From a virus, in IMG/VR virus record IMGVR_UViG_3300038393_000351, positions 32,001 to 96,000 of that record: a stretch of DNA of 64,000 nucleotides, one strand, 5' to 3'. The notes under the pieces were generated by a model, which saw only the letters and a list, made by a program, of their open reading frames with translations, did not search any database and was not told the DNA's origin. Shown one piece after another: positions 44,085 to 53,802 of the stretch (within the stretch, counting starts at the first letter, position 1; each line of letters starts with the position of its first letter). Position numbers and translations under genes: made by a program.

Positions 44085-45547
44085 TATAAATCTACCTTAT
44101 AGATGCGGTACGGGAATAATTCTTGATTGTAGAGCTTGATGCGCTCGACAAAGTGCTTCAGTGTATAGTTCGTCTTTCCCTTCCAAGAAAGATCGTCAGC
44201 TATATCATATAACACAGCTTTCGATTTTGATACCGTTCGTCTCAATGTTCTTCCGATAGATTGAAGTATCTTTATCCTGGCTTTCGCTGGAGACGAGAAG
44301 ATCATGTTGTTGAGGTTGGGAATGTTCGTTCCCATTGAGAACACACCGGATGAAGCGACTGTGATTGAGTCAGTCTGAGAGTTTACGAACTTACGTATCA
44401 TCTCACGCTCATCTTTAGGTGTCTTACCAGCAACGAAGAGAACCGGAACCTTCGCTTCCTTCTCGATCATCTTGAAGAGAACTTCACCGTGCTTCTCCAC
44501 GAACTGAAAGAGGATCATCGTGTTTCCCTTGAGCGAGAGAGCTAAGTTCTTGATGAATTGATTTCTCTTCTCGCAAGTCACGATGTAGTCGAGCTCAGTC
44601 TGGTAGTCGGCTTTCTTCAGTGAGTCCCTGACATCTTCGGAGTGTCTTAAGACGAGCGCTTTGATCGAGAGCGCGGAGAGCGTTCCCCTCTCGATAAGCT
44701 CAGCGGTTGTAGCTACTCTGAGTATCGGACCAAAGAGTCCTTGAATGACGAGTTCATTCGTCAGAGTACCATCGAGTGATCCAGTCGCACCGATCCTGAT
44801 CTCGCAGTCAGTCAGACGCTCCATGATGCCGGTGAGTTCACGGGCTTTAAAGCCGTGAACCTCGTCTCCCAGAACAACTTCAAACTGCCTGAAGTAGTCT
44901 TCATCCATGTCCTGGATAGACTGCCACGTCGAGACTACAACCTGCTTATCAGTGTGCTTAGACTGTCCGCCGAAGATCTTGTGAACGTGAGTCTCGGAGT
45001 CAAAACCATACTCCTCCCAGTCCGAGAACATCTGATCAACTAGTTGGATAGTCGGAACGATGAGCAGCGTCTTTAGATTGAAGAACCTGGTGATGATGTA
45101 GAGGATCAGAGACTTACCGGCTCCAGTCGGTGCTAGAACAGTTAATCTCTGATTGTTAATTGCTTTTAGACAAGCTTCGATCTGCTCAGCGCGAACGATG
45201 AAGGGTTTACCATTCATCTCCTTGGGAAGACCGAGTTCTTCAATGAAGCTCAGCAAGAACTCTTCTGTGATCGGTTCAAACTTCTCAGACGCTTCGTCTA
45301 CGAATTCATAGTCTCGAACTTCACAGAACTCCCTGATCTTATCACGAAGACCCGAATAAATGAGAGGTTTGTGAATGGACGTAAGACGTATCTTACCGTC
45401 CCATACTTTGTTCTTATACTTCGGATTGAACTGATAGTTGGGAACGTAGAAAGTGAACTCATCAGCGAGTTCTTGGATCAAACCCTTATCCGCGACTATC
45501 AGGTCTTTAACGGCGTTGTATTTTTCAAGCGTAATTCTGTCCGGCAT
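44084..45547 (-). CDS. uvsW: UvsW SF2 helicase
   Basis: WDGKIRL; PTGAGKS; GDEVH; LQSIGRTLR; late promoter at 45582-45577. Confidence 0.96.
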   Translation of the reverse strand: MPDRITLEKYNAVKDLIVADKGLIQELADEFTFYVPNYQFNPKYKNKVWDGKIRLTSIHKPLIYSGLRDKIREFCEVRDYEFVDEASEKFEPITEEFLLSFIEELGLPKEMNGKPFIVRAEQIEACLKAINNQRLTVLAPTGAGKSLILYIITRFFNLKTLLIVPTIQLVDQMFSDWEEYGFDSETHVHKIFGGQSKHTDKQVVVSTWQSIQDMDEDYFRQFEVVLGDEVHGFKARELTGIMERLTDCEIRIGATGSLDGTLTNELVIQGLFGPILRVATTAELIERGTLSALSIKALVLRHSEDVRDSLKKADYQTELDYIVTCEKRNQFIKNLALSLKGNTMILFQFVEKHGEVLFKMIEKEAKVPVLFVAGKTPKDEREMIRKFVNSQTDSITVASSGVFSMGTNIPNLNNMIFSSPAKARIKILQSIGRTLRRTVSKSKAVLYDIADDLSWKGKTNYTLKHFVERIKLYNQELFPYRIYKVDL

Positions 45548-45601
45548 CGTATCTCATTCTAAAGCGTTGTCTCCTTTATTTATGAGATACGTAGAAGCGG
45601 A

Positions 45602-45769
45602 CTACTCGTTCAGAAGCTGAGGACCAGAGCTTCCATTACCCTCATTCAACTTCTTCTTTTTCTTCTGAGCTTTCTGAATAGCTCTCTCGGCTTCCTCTCT
45701 CGTTAAGTTGCCGGTATCGATCGAAAAGATCCGTCTACCGGAGTCGTCGTTAAGCAACATCTCAGTCAT
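45602..45769 (-). CDS. Hypothetical protein
   Basis: GGAGAAGG SD; RRIFSIDTGNL resembles a portal segment (RRVWYIDVGNL). Confidence 0.5.
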   Translation of the reverse strand: MTEMLLNDDSGRRIFSIDTGNLTREEAERAIQKAQKKKKKLNEGNGSSGPQLLNE

Positions 45770-46013
45770 TAGCCTTCTCCAAATATGTTCTAGCAAACTC
45801 AGCGTCGGTGCGGAGTTTTTCTATGTCTTCACTTATAACGTTTTCTAGTTGATTTAACGAATGAATATCACTAGCAATTTTAAACAGATGTCTTGAAAGA
45901 TAATCAATCAGATAGCTTGCGTGCAGCGGACCATTTGGATCGGATAACATTCCGTCTACGTATAGATCTGGTCTCCCCGTTGTTTCATTTATCATAATAT
46001 CGAACTTCTTCAC
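45762..46013 (-). CDS. Hypothetical protein
   Basis: AAGGAGG SD before GTG. Confidence 0.6.
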   Translation of the reverse strand: MKKFDIMINETTGRPDLYVDGMLSDPNGPLHASYLIDYLSRHLFKIASDIHSLNQLENVISEDIEKLRTDAEFARTYLEKAND

Positions 46014-46460
46014 TTAACCTCCTTGTATGAATTTTTGCCAGTCAAGCATTCGACCGATTTCCCAATTCCGTCCTTGAACGGCTTTGAGTATCATGTCGAG
46101 TGCAGCGACTATCTCAGCTTGATAGGCTACTTTCAAGTTCATCGCTATGATGTCTTTATCCGCGTCCATGTAGAGCGGCAGATCACTCTTGAGGACGATG
46201 CCTTTAGCTGGGAGAGTCCAACCCTTGGCCGCGGTCTCCTTGGTAGGACCGAGTGTATAGAACTCATGCTTCTGAAGCCGAAGCTCCTTAAGCTGTCCCT
46301 GAAGTTGAACTAACCTGAGGTTCTCTGTGGACCTGATCCGAAGGTACTTAGCGTGCAGCTTCGCGATCTTTCTCGACTCTTCCCCGAGTTCAGTCCTATC
46401 GATTTCAGTATCCTGATCCCAGGAGTTCAGGATTTCCTCTAGCTTCAATACCTTCGTCAA
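46014..46460 (-). CDS. uvsY: UvsY recombination mediator
   Basis: WDQDTEID...LHAKYL...LKSDLPLYMDAD...RNWEI...DWQKF. Confidence 0.9.
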   Translation of the reverse strand: MTKVLKLEEILNSWDQDTEIDRTELGEESRKIAKLHAKYLRIRSTENLRLVQLQGQLKELRLQKHEFYTLGPTKETAAKGWTLPAKGIVLKSDLPLYMDADKDIIAMNLKVAYQAEIVAALDMILKAVQGRNWEIGRMLDWQKFIQGG

Positions 46461-46713
46461 CCGATCACCGGAGGAGTCAAGTAAAAGCTTCGGATGAAGT
46501 ACAACACTCTCTTATAAAAACGCTTCATTCTCATGTCTTCATTATCTAAATGCTTTACTATACAAAACGAATGTGCCGTTGTTAATCAAAAACAATGCCG
46601 TTCTTGGTAACGGGAATGTTATTTTACTTCGGCTGATGATTATGGTACTAATAAGAAGTCTTCCACCCACCACAAGATCCTCTGTTGGAGGATTTGTATC
46701 AAGATACAGTTGG

Positions 46714-47238
46714 TTAGTTGACTCGCTCTATCTCAAATCGAGAATACATGAACGAGCAAGCAACAGTGATTGGTTCAGGAGACTTGATTCGAGTATCAAA
46801 ATCAAGACCAGATAATCCAATTGGAAAGCAGCCGTGGTAGTTTACATGGAATGCTGGATTCTTAGCATTATCCATTACCGTCAGAACGATCTCAGACTTG
46901 GTTGCCAGTGAAGTCCACTCCGGATTCTTCAAGAGATCTGCATACTGCTGAAAGTCGTTTGGGAAACCCAGGGACATGAGCCATGTATACAACTCCAGGT
47001 AGTTGGACATGTTCTCATCGACTGAAAACACGATGTCCAGAGTCTCAAAATCAACGTGATCACCTGAGAATGGAATATTTACGAACGGTGTCGGATACGC
47101 TGTCGATTTGATAGAAAATCCGGGTATGTTCGCTTTCTGAATGTAGAACTCACAGTTCGGCGCTCTTCTCAGCTGGAACTGGAAGTTGATCGGTGATAGG
47201 AAATTTGTAGTCGATGGGTTTCTATCTAGAACCGTCAC
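46714..47238 (-). CDS. 3: Tail tube terminator / sheath stabilizer (gp3-like)
   Basis: NFLSPINFQF; NIPG; VDENMSNYLELYTW; FPIGLSGLDFD. Confidence 0.85.
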   Translation of the reverse strand: MTVLDRNPSTTNFLSPINFQFQLRRAPNCEFYIQKANIPGFSIKSTAYPTPFVNIPFSGDHVDFETLDIVFSVDENMSNYLELYTWLMSLGFPNDFQQYADLLKNPEWTSLATKSEIVLTVMDNAKNPAFHVNYHGCFPIGLSGLDFDTRIKSPEPITVACSFMYSRFEIERVN

Positions 47239-47681
47239 TCTGCTTCTTTCACTCCAGGATGAAGAGGTTTCTCTTCCGATGGTTTGTCTTTCCTGTATTT
47301 ATGATTCTTCTTATCATCGAAGTTGGTGACATGAGCTCTGATGTGTTCATGACCGTGAACAAACGCTGAAGCAGCTCTGTGATTCCCATTAGCGATTACC
47401 AGCTTACCATGAATCTGATGCACTTTAATAGGCGGATAGTCTTTCTCAAGCGGTCTGATCTTTTTTGAATCTACGCCGCTCTGCCAAGCGTGAAGGTGTT
47501 TGACTGGAACGTGATACACTTTATGTTGATTTTTATCTTCAGCTTCGTATTTGTTTTTCTTCAGGTGACTGAGAGAATCATGAAGAGGGAATGGTGTTGA
47601 ATCAAAGTCCGATTTAGGTGTGTGATGAGAACCGAACTTCCATTCGCTGTTTTCTTTGATGAACTGTGAGAACTTCTTCAT
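47235..47681 (-). CDS. His-rich internal head protein with ParB/Srx-like motif
   Basis: MKKFSQFIKE capsid-targeting-like N-terminus; PPIKV...VIANGNHRAASA. Confidence 0.65.
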   Translation of the reverse strand: MKKFSQFIKENSEWKFGSHHTPKSDFDSTPFPLHDSLSHLKKNKYEAEDKNQHKVYHVPVKHLHAWQSGVDSKKIRPLEKDYPPIKVHQIHGKLVIANGNHRAASAFVHGHEHIRAHVTNFDDKKNHKYRKDKPSEEKPLHPGVKEAE

Positions 47682-48388
47682 TTATCTTTGTATCCGTAGT
47701 GTGCCATCAGGCGCTTCCTTCGTTCGACGAAAGTTCTGTGCAGCTCTTCGTGATTCGGAAGCCCAGATGTTTTGAACAAGTGATGGATGTGATCCATATC
47801 CATGTGTCTGACGCTGTGCATCGCTCTGTGAATCGCACCCGGATCTTTTCTGAAGACATGAGTGAAGACGCGTCCAGATGGATGATCCTTCTTAAAGTCC
47901 TCGATCTCAGGTGATGGATCGTGGTGGTATTCTTTGTGTTGACCCTTAGCTTTGAAGTTGAAAGAAGAACCATGATCGATTGAGTGAAGATCACCAGTCT
48001 TCTTGTGTTTCATGACGTTGTCGTACACTAGACCAAAAGCGTCTTTATTATTTGTTAGTACGGCAGCGTGGTGTAAGCGACCTACTTGTGTGTGCTGTTC
48101 ATGGTTGAGGTTTTGAAAGTGCTTGAGATGCATTGGTTTTAAGTGAGGATTCCACTTTGATTTAACCGATGGCTTTCCATCGTGGTCGACTAAGTGGTGA
48201 TCGGGAGTGTGGATTCCCATGTGTTTATAGATCTTTGAAGTCAGCACTTCTGAGCGAGTCTGATTCGGATCTTTATAGGACTTGATGTAGTGCTTACCCT
48301 CGTGGTCCTCATAAGTACCGCCCTCGTTTGAGCCGAGTTTTTCACCGACTTTCTTCATCTCAGCAATGAACTCAGAGAACTTCTTCAT
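47678..48388 (-). CDS. His-rich internal head protein with HipA/PI3-4-kinase-like fold
   Basis: MKKFSEFIAE; LGSNEGG; YIK; EVLTSKIY; NKD...DN; SIDHG. Confidence 0.65.
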   Translation of the reverse strand: MKKFSEFIAEMKKVGEKLGSNEGGTYEDHEGKHYIKSYKDPNQTRSEVLTSKIYKHMGIHTPDHHLVDHDGKPSVKSKWNPHLKPMHLKHFQNLNHEQHTQVGRLHHAAVLTNNKDAFGLVYDNVMKHKKTGDLHSIDHGSSFNFKAKGQHKEYHHDPSPEIEDFKKDHPSGRVFTHVFRKDPGAIHRAMHSVRHMDMDHIHHLFKTSGLPNHEELHRTFVERRKRLMAHYGYKDK

Positions 48389-48404
48389 TTGAATTTATAC
48401 CTTA

Positions 48405-48842
48405 TTATCGCGTCTTTTTACGAAACGATGTATCAGTTGATAACTCCACACCTCTCTTTTTCAGAATGCGAGCGGCACCTGGTGATAAACGTTTAGATTT
48501 CTCTGATGGTTTACGCTTCTTAAGTGATGGACCAGTAGTCACTGCTTTTTCATCGTAACCGCTGACTTTATTGACTTCCTCCTTCACGACTTTCTTTGTC
48601 TCTACGCGGTGAACGGCGGCGTTTTTGTATCCCGAGATCGGATGCGGAAAACGAGAGATCTTATCCAGAGCTCTCTTCTTAGCGTGCTCGGGATTCTTAG
48701 CACTGACCGGAACGCGGATCGAAGCTGTTCCTTTACCAGACGGATCATCGTACTTGATGTGGACGATGTGAGTGGATTCGGAGATGTCTTTAGAGTGCAT
48801 CTCCGAGAGTAGTTTCTTTGCGTCTTCGATGAGCTTCTTCAT
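48405..48842 (-). CDS. Basic putative internal head protein
   Basis: LLSE/ISE sites; Lys/His-rich; downstream of gp23. Confidence 0.55.
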   Translation of the reverse strand: MKKLIEDAKKLLSEMHSKDISESTHIVHIKYDDPSGKGTASIRVPVSAKNPEHAKKRALDKISRFPHPISGYKNAAVHRVETKKVVKEEVNKVSGYDEKAVTTGPSLKKRKPSEKSKRLSPGAARILKKRGVELSTDTSFRKKTR

Positions 48843-49453
48843 TTCTCGCGTACTCCAAGATACTTAACAGAGTTGATTTTTGAACCTTTTTTCTCTTTAA
48901 AGAAGCGATGATTTCTTGCAGCGTCTTCTGATTTTTCTTTCGTTTGAACGGTTACGTTTTTATTCCGCCATCGACCGTGATTATAATTTACGGCCCATCG
49001 ATGATGACCAATACCGATAAATTCGTCATAAGACAGTTTCTTATGTTCAACGTTTTCTGAGATGTCATGATCAGTTGAGATGTCTTCACCACCGAACTTC
49101 TTAGCAGCCCATTTGTGATTAGCAGCTACGTCTCGAGGATGAACGCGTCCTTTGAATCTCCACTCAGAGCCGCTGTATCCACCACGTGATGAAACGAGAG
49201 TGTGACTCTTAGTGTGATGTACATGAAGCTCCTTAGCGTCCGGATCACCTTCAGCTCGATGAATCTTGATTACGTGATCGGCTTTATGTTTAGAGATGTG
49301 ATTGTAGTCTCTATCAGTGAGTTCACCACCATTACCGAGCTTAGACGGGTGTGAGATCTTTCTATAACCACTTTCATCGTGCTCTTCATTCAGCCGTTGC
49401 TCGCGAACTTGAGCGATGATTCTCTTAGCTTCCTCCAGATATTTCTCGTTCAT
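48839..49453 (-). CDS. His-rich putative internal head protein
   Basis: AAGGAG SD before ATG 49453; LNE/ISE sites. Confidence 0.55.
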   Translation of the reverse strand: MNEKYLEEAKRIIAQVREQRLNEEHDESGYRKISHPSKLGNGGELTDRDYNHISKHKADHVIKIHRAEGDPDAKELHVHHTKSHTLVSSRGGYSGSEWRFKGRVHPRDVAANHKWAAKKFGGEDISTDHDISENVEHKKLSYDEFIGIGHHRWAVNYNHGRWRNKNVTVQTKEKSEDAARNHRFFKEKKGSKINSVKYLGVREK

Positions 49454-49517
49454 TGTGATAACTCCTTTTAAAGACTCGTGATTTATTATATCATCGGTGG
49501 CCAACGTGTACATGTCA

Positions 49518-49548
49518 GAAAAAAGGCCGGGAACAGAATCCCCGGCCT
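49518..49548 (-). terminator. Terminator after gene 23
   Basis: AGGCCGGG-GATTCTGTT-CCCGGCC followed by TTTTTT. Confidence 0.8.
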
Positions 49549-49590
49549 CGAAAGGTCGACCGGTTTGTTCCGGTCTTATTCTTGTGTCTC

Positions 49591-50991
49591 TTACGAGAGG
49601 TGTGTAACGAGCACTCGACGATAGTACTTATTGGAATCCTGGTGGATCACACCGAGTCCCTTTGTCAGACCCTCGGCGTACGGGTTCGCAACCATGCCGT
49701 AACGAGTCTTGAAGCCGATCTTCGGGGCGTAGGTGTTCGGATCGGTCGCGCGGACCATCTGGATCGGAACGTACGGGCAGTAGAAGAGACCGGCATCCTG
49801 CCAACCAGCGCCCTTGTATCCAAGAACGTAGTAGTTGAATCCAGCCGGAGCGTACGGATCGATGTAGAGCTTATACTTACCATTCAAGACACCGCAGAAG
49901 GTCGTGCCGGTATCGTCGATCTGGAGGTTGTTGCTCAGGCGGTCCTGATTGTTCAGCTTACCAACCGACTCTAGGGCAGACGCAACGTCTGAGGAGCAGA
50001 GGATGATGTTACCCTTACCGCGCCGGGTCTCGGTAGCGATACGGTTAGCGTCACGGTCGATCTGGAACATCAGACCCTTGAACTTTTCGTTGTGCCAGCG
50101 GCCGTTAGCGTCGGTATCGAGGTCAAAGATACCAGGAGTCGTAACGTCGATCTGGGCACCCGGAACAGCGGACATATACACTGTGCGGACGATTTCACGG
50201 TTGATCTCAGCGATCAGCTCAGCGGAGATGTCGTTGGCCAGCTCAGACTCAGCGTCTAGACCGTGGATCGCCTTAAGATCCTGTGCCATCTCCATTGAAT
50301 AGGTTGCCTGCATGCCGCGTGTCTTAGCTTCCACCATGACTTTCTCGATGGTGAACGCAAGCTCGGGGAAGATGGCGTTGGCGTTTGAACCAAGACCTTC
50401 AGCCAGTGAGCGAGCCACACCGCCGGCGTAGTTGTAGTTGTTGTTAGCAACGTTGTTTGAAACACCAAACGTTGTACCGACGTTGCCGTTTGCACCACCC
50501 ATCACGGTAGCGTTGGCGTAGCCTGCATCAGTGGTGTTAGCGTTCATGCCCTCGCGAGCGGAGAAGCCGGTATCAACTTCGTTGTAGAAAGTCTCTGAAC
50601 CAGCCTGGTTAGCCAGACGAGTGCGCTTAGCAAACACAAGACCAGTCGGACCAGTCATTGCCTGCACGCCGCAGAAGTCGTAGGCGATCAGGTTGGGCAT
50701 TGCCCGGCGCAGTAGAGACACGATGATCGGATCATACGTATCAATCGGACCCGCACCAGCGGTTGATGAAGATGAACCCATTGAGTTCGTCGGAGCAGCC
50801 TCGAACAGGTTGAATGAACCGTGCGCCCGCTCAACTGAAATCTCACGCTGAGTATTCTCGAGGATCTTAGCAAGGTCGCGCTTGCGCTTGGAGTCGGCGA
50901 TCGCCGGAAGCTCCGGGCTCGTGTGCTCAGTGATAGGTGCCCATTTCTTAAGCAGACCCTCTGAGATCATTTCATTCTGTTCGTCAGCCAT
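49591..50991 (-). CDS. 23: Major capsid protein (gp23)
   Basis: LLRRAMPNLIAYDFCGVQAMTGPTGL; AQDLKAIHGLDAESEL; IGFKTRYGMVANP; late promoter at 51027-51022. Confidence 0.98.
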   Translation of the reverse strand: MADEQNEMISEGLLKKWAPITEHTSPELPAIADSKRKRDLAKILENTQREISVERAHGSFNLFEAAPTNSMGSSSSTAGAGPIDTYDPIIVSLLRRAMPNLIAYDFCGVQAMTGPTGLVFAKRTRLANQAGSETFYNEVDTGFSAREGMNANTTDAGYANATVMGGANGNVGTTFGVSNNVANNNYNYAGGVARSLAEGLGSNANAIFPELAFTIEKVMVEAKTRGMQATYSMEMAQDLKAIHGLDAESELANDISAELIAEINREIVRTVYMSAVPGAQIDVTTPGIFDLDTDANGRWHNEKFKGLMFQIDRDANRIATETRRGKGNIILCSSDVASALESVGKLNNQDRLSNNLQIDDTGTTFCGVLNGKYKLYIDPYAPAGFNYYVLGYKGAGWQDAGLFYCPYVPIQMVRATDPNTYAPKIGFKTRYGMVANPYAEGLTKGLGVIHQDSNKYYRRVLVTHLS

Positions 50992-51041
50992 TGTAGTCTT
51001 TCTCCCTTTATTCTGTATTTTTATTTATTGTGCGGCAACAC

Positions 51042-52547
51042 TTAGCCGCGAGATGAGTTCATATACCGAGCCGCAGCAGCGACGAACGGATCACTGATGA
51101 CTTGCTTATTATCCGTGAATGATGAGCCCTCTTCATTCAACATATCGACTGAGCCGGATGTTGAAGGAGGAGTCTTCTTATTGAAGTAGTTCTCACGAAC
51201 GACTTGAATCTTCTTTGTGTACGACTCGACGTTTCCATCGAACTCCACGTTCTCGATCAGAGTCTTAAGCTTCTCTGAATCCGCGAGTGTTAGACCCTCT
51301 GAGACAGCGTCGATGACGTCTTCACGAGCCGCTTCTAGAATATCAGCCTCAAGCTCAGCCTTAGTCGATAGAGCCTCATCGAGCTTAGCTTCCAGCTCAA
51401 CGATCTGATCTGACATCTCACGGACAACGTCCAAGCGCTCCTCGGGAACGTCGATGTATGACTCAATGAACAGCTCCCTGAGCTTATCCATGAACTGCTC
51501 GGTGTTCTCCAGACGAAGAGTATCAACCACTGCAACTTCGTTCTCCGCGATCCACTGATCAACGGCGTACTCAACGTACTTATCGAGATTGACAGCTGTC
51601 TCCTCGATGAACTCAGCCATCGCTTCGTTCAACTCGGTCTCATACTGCTCCTGAAGTTCGGCTTCAATGAGTGAGGTACGCATCGTCACAGCCGCTTCAA
51701 AGAGCGCTGAGATCTTGCCCTGAGCTTCCTCAGTCAGAGACTCACCACCGAAGATCGACTCGACTTCCTCTTTAGTCGCATCCCATAGAGCCGGTTTCGG
51801 ACCCAGGGACTTCATAGCACCGTCCGCTGCTGGACCAGAACCGCCCTTTGCATCCGAGGGTTTCATGTTCTGAGTCGCTTTGTTGGATTCCGCGGAACCC
51901 TTAGCAGCGTTCGTCTTCCATTTTTCGTATTGAGTCAGAAGCTCCTTGGCGTGATCAAGAACCCAGGGAGTCGGCATCGCACCGAGTGCACCGAGAACTG
52001 AAGCCATAGCTTCGGGTTTTGATTTCGGATCGTTTACTGGAGCCGTACCGGGATGAAGAGAATCAATAGCTGCTTCATCAAGCGCTGCGTCAACATCTTC
52101 CTCAATGTTTAGATCAACTTCATCTTCCATGTCTGTGTCCTCTTTAGTTAGCTTATCAGTAGCTTTATCGATACCAGCTAAACGCTTCTTCGATTTATCT
52201 AAACTTTTTCTTTGTGGAGAATTCTTAAATGTATATGAATCTCCAGCACGGCGTGAATGTTTAGCTGCATCTACTGATGCTTTCTTGACGTAAGAACCAA
52301 GCGTCTTCTTGGAGATTTCGTCAATCTGTTCATCAGACATATCTGTATCCTCTTTTGTTAGACGATCAACGGCTTTATCGATGCCACTTAATCTATTAGA
52401 CAGTTTTCTCTGTGCTTTATTAGCTTTTTCTTTGGTTGAAAATTTAGACACTACGTCAACAGATTTATTTGGAACATCTTTGGAAGCTTTCTTGACGTAA
52501 GAACCAAGCGTCTTCTTAGAAATCTCGTCGATCTGCTCGTCAGCCAT
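51042..52547 (-). CDS. 22: Prohead core scaffold (gp22) with two N-terminal repeat modules
   Basis: LFEAAV; LDKYVEYAVDQW; LFIESYIDVPEE; ENYF; position between 21 and 23. Confidence 0.9.
   Translation of the reverse strand: MADEQIDEISKKTLGSYVKKASKDVPNKSVDVVSKFSTKEKANKAQRKLSNRLSGIDKAVDRLTKEDTDMSDEQIDEISKKTLGSYVKKASVDAAKHSRRAGDSYTFKNSPQRKSLDKSKKRLAGIDKATDKLTKEDTDMEDEVDLNIEEDVDAALDEAAIDSLHPGTAPVNDPKSKPEAMASVLGALGAMPTPWVLDHAKELLTQYEKWKTNAAKGSAESNKATQNMKPSDAKGGSGPAADGAMKSLGPKPALWDATKEEVESIFGGESLTEEAQGKISALFEAAVTMRTSLIEAELQEQYETELNEAMAEFIEETAVNLDKYVEYAVDQWIAENEVAVVDTLRLENTEQFMDKLRELFIESYIDVPEERLDVVREMSDQIVELEAKLDEALSTKAELEADILEAAREDVIDAVSEGLTLADSEKLKTLIENVEFDGNVESYTKKIQVVRENYFNKKTPPSTSGSVDMLNEEGSSFTDNKQVISDPFVAAAARYMNSSRG
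52131..52547 (-). repeat. Two ~70-codon tandem modules at the gp22 N-terminus
   Basis: DEQIDEISKKTLGSYVKKAS...GIDKA.D.LTKEDTD twice; 32-bp identical DNA at 52279-52310 and 52486-52517. Confidence 0.9.
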
Positions 52548-52581
52548 TGGTTCACCTGTTTCTATTCTTTGCCAATATTTA

Positions 52582-53256
52582 TTAGTTACGGTTTCTCAAG
52601 ATGAGGTTCTTCATAAATGACTTGAAGACGTCGACTTTCTGCTCTGAGATCTGAGATAGAGACATCTTTGAGATCACTTTCTTCGTATCGTCGAGCTTCT
52701 CAGCGATCCAACCGTTACCCTCAGTCAGGTGCCACTCGACTCCCTCCATCACTCCTCGAACGAACGCATCGGGTGCCGATGGATCAAGAACAACGTCGGC
52801 CGCTGTAGCGATCCTAAAGTCCTTCTGAACTTCCATGATGCCGCTCATGTTCTCCTTGAGAGAACCCATACCTCTAGATGAGACACCGATCGAACCACCT
52901 GAGTTGATCAGACCAGCGACGATAGCACCTGGACCGTTCTCAGTGATGACGAGAGCTTTACCCCTGAAGTTCGTTCCCTCTTTGACCAGGGAGATGATTC
53001 GATGTGAGACGTTTCTGGGATCGATCTGAGGACCCTGCGGGTGTGTGAGCTCACCCCAACCCTTGTTGGCATTGACCGCTTCGATTACGTATCGATTGAC
53101 TTCAGGCTCAAGGACTTCCATCGGATAGACGCGCCCGTTGCGGTTCTTGATAGCACCCTGCAGGAACGTACCCTCGATGTATAGCCTCTTCTGGCCATTC
53201 GCTTCCTCGATCATCTGAGGAGCGGCGTCTTCGATCTTCTCTATGATTAGCTTCAT
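52582..53256 (-). CDS. 21: Prohead protease (gp21)
   Basis: NRNGRVYP; GELTHP; GVSSRGMGSL; DPSAPDAFV. Confidence 0.97.
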   Translation of the reverse strand: MKLIIEKIEDAAPQMIEEANGQKRLYIEGTFLQGAIKNRNGRVYPMEVLEPEVNRYVIEAVNANKGWGELTHPQGPQIDPRNVSHRIISLVKEGTNFRGKALVITENGPGAIVAGLINSGGSIGVSSRGMGSLKENMSGIMEVQKDFRIATAADVVLDPSAPDAFVRGVMEGVEWHLTEGNGWIAEKLDDTKKVISKMSLSQISEQKVDVFKSFMKNLILRNRN

Positions 53257-53260
53257 CTGA

Positions 53261-53515
53261 TTACCACGCTGAGACTGCTACGGCTACCGTTGTAGCTGAG
53301 TTTGATGTAAGAGTATCGGTAGGATCTTTCCTAAAGTAGAATTCATTACCCTGACGAATCGTGATCGTTCCGATGGTGTTTCCACCTGCATCCTTATGTG
53401 TGATCAGCGCATTGCCTGTTCCCGTTTCAAGGACGCGCACCGCTTTACTGTTATTCACTGTATTAGCTGTGCTGAGTGCGATTTCAGATGACTGAAGACG
53501 AATTGTTTGATACAT
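53261..53515 (-). CDS. Small structural protein
   Basis: Thr/Asn-rich beta protein upstream of 21. Confidence 0.6.
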   Translation of the reverse strand: MYQTIRLQSSEIALSTANTVNNSKAVRVLETGTGNALITHKDAGGNTIGTITIRQGNEFYFRKDPTDTLTSNSATTVAVAVSAW

Positions 53516-53802
53516 TATTTCTTTCCTTTAGCGTCGATTCTCGCCTTGATCTTCTTAGCTTCTTTACCATCCTCGATCGAGAAACCGAGATTTCTCTTCC
53601 AGTCGGGTGACTTCTTCAGATCAACGTGCGATACTGAGCTCTTTTTATCTCTGAGAAGTTTATCTCTCTTTGCACGCATGAGCTGCTTGGAGTGATATGC
53701 TTCGCTGTCAGAACGTCGTTTAGAAGCTTTCGCAGCATCTCCATGATGCTTGATGATGGCTTCTAGACTTCCCTTTCCGACGATTTCGCGAAGCTGCTTC
53801 AT
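53515..53802 (-). CDS. Basic putative core/internal protein
   Basis: MKQLREIVGK; TAATG coupling. Confidence 0.6.
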   Translation of the reverse strand: MKQLREIVGKGSLEAIIKHHGDAAKASKRRSDSEAYHSKQLMRAKRDKLLRDKKSSVSHVDLKKSPDWKRNLGFSIEDGKEAKKIKARIDAKGKK

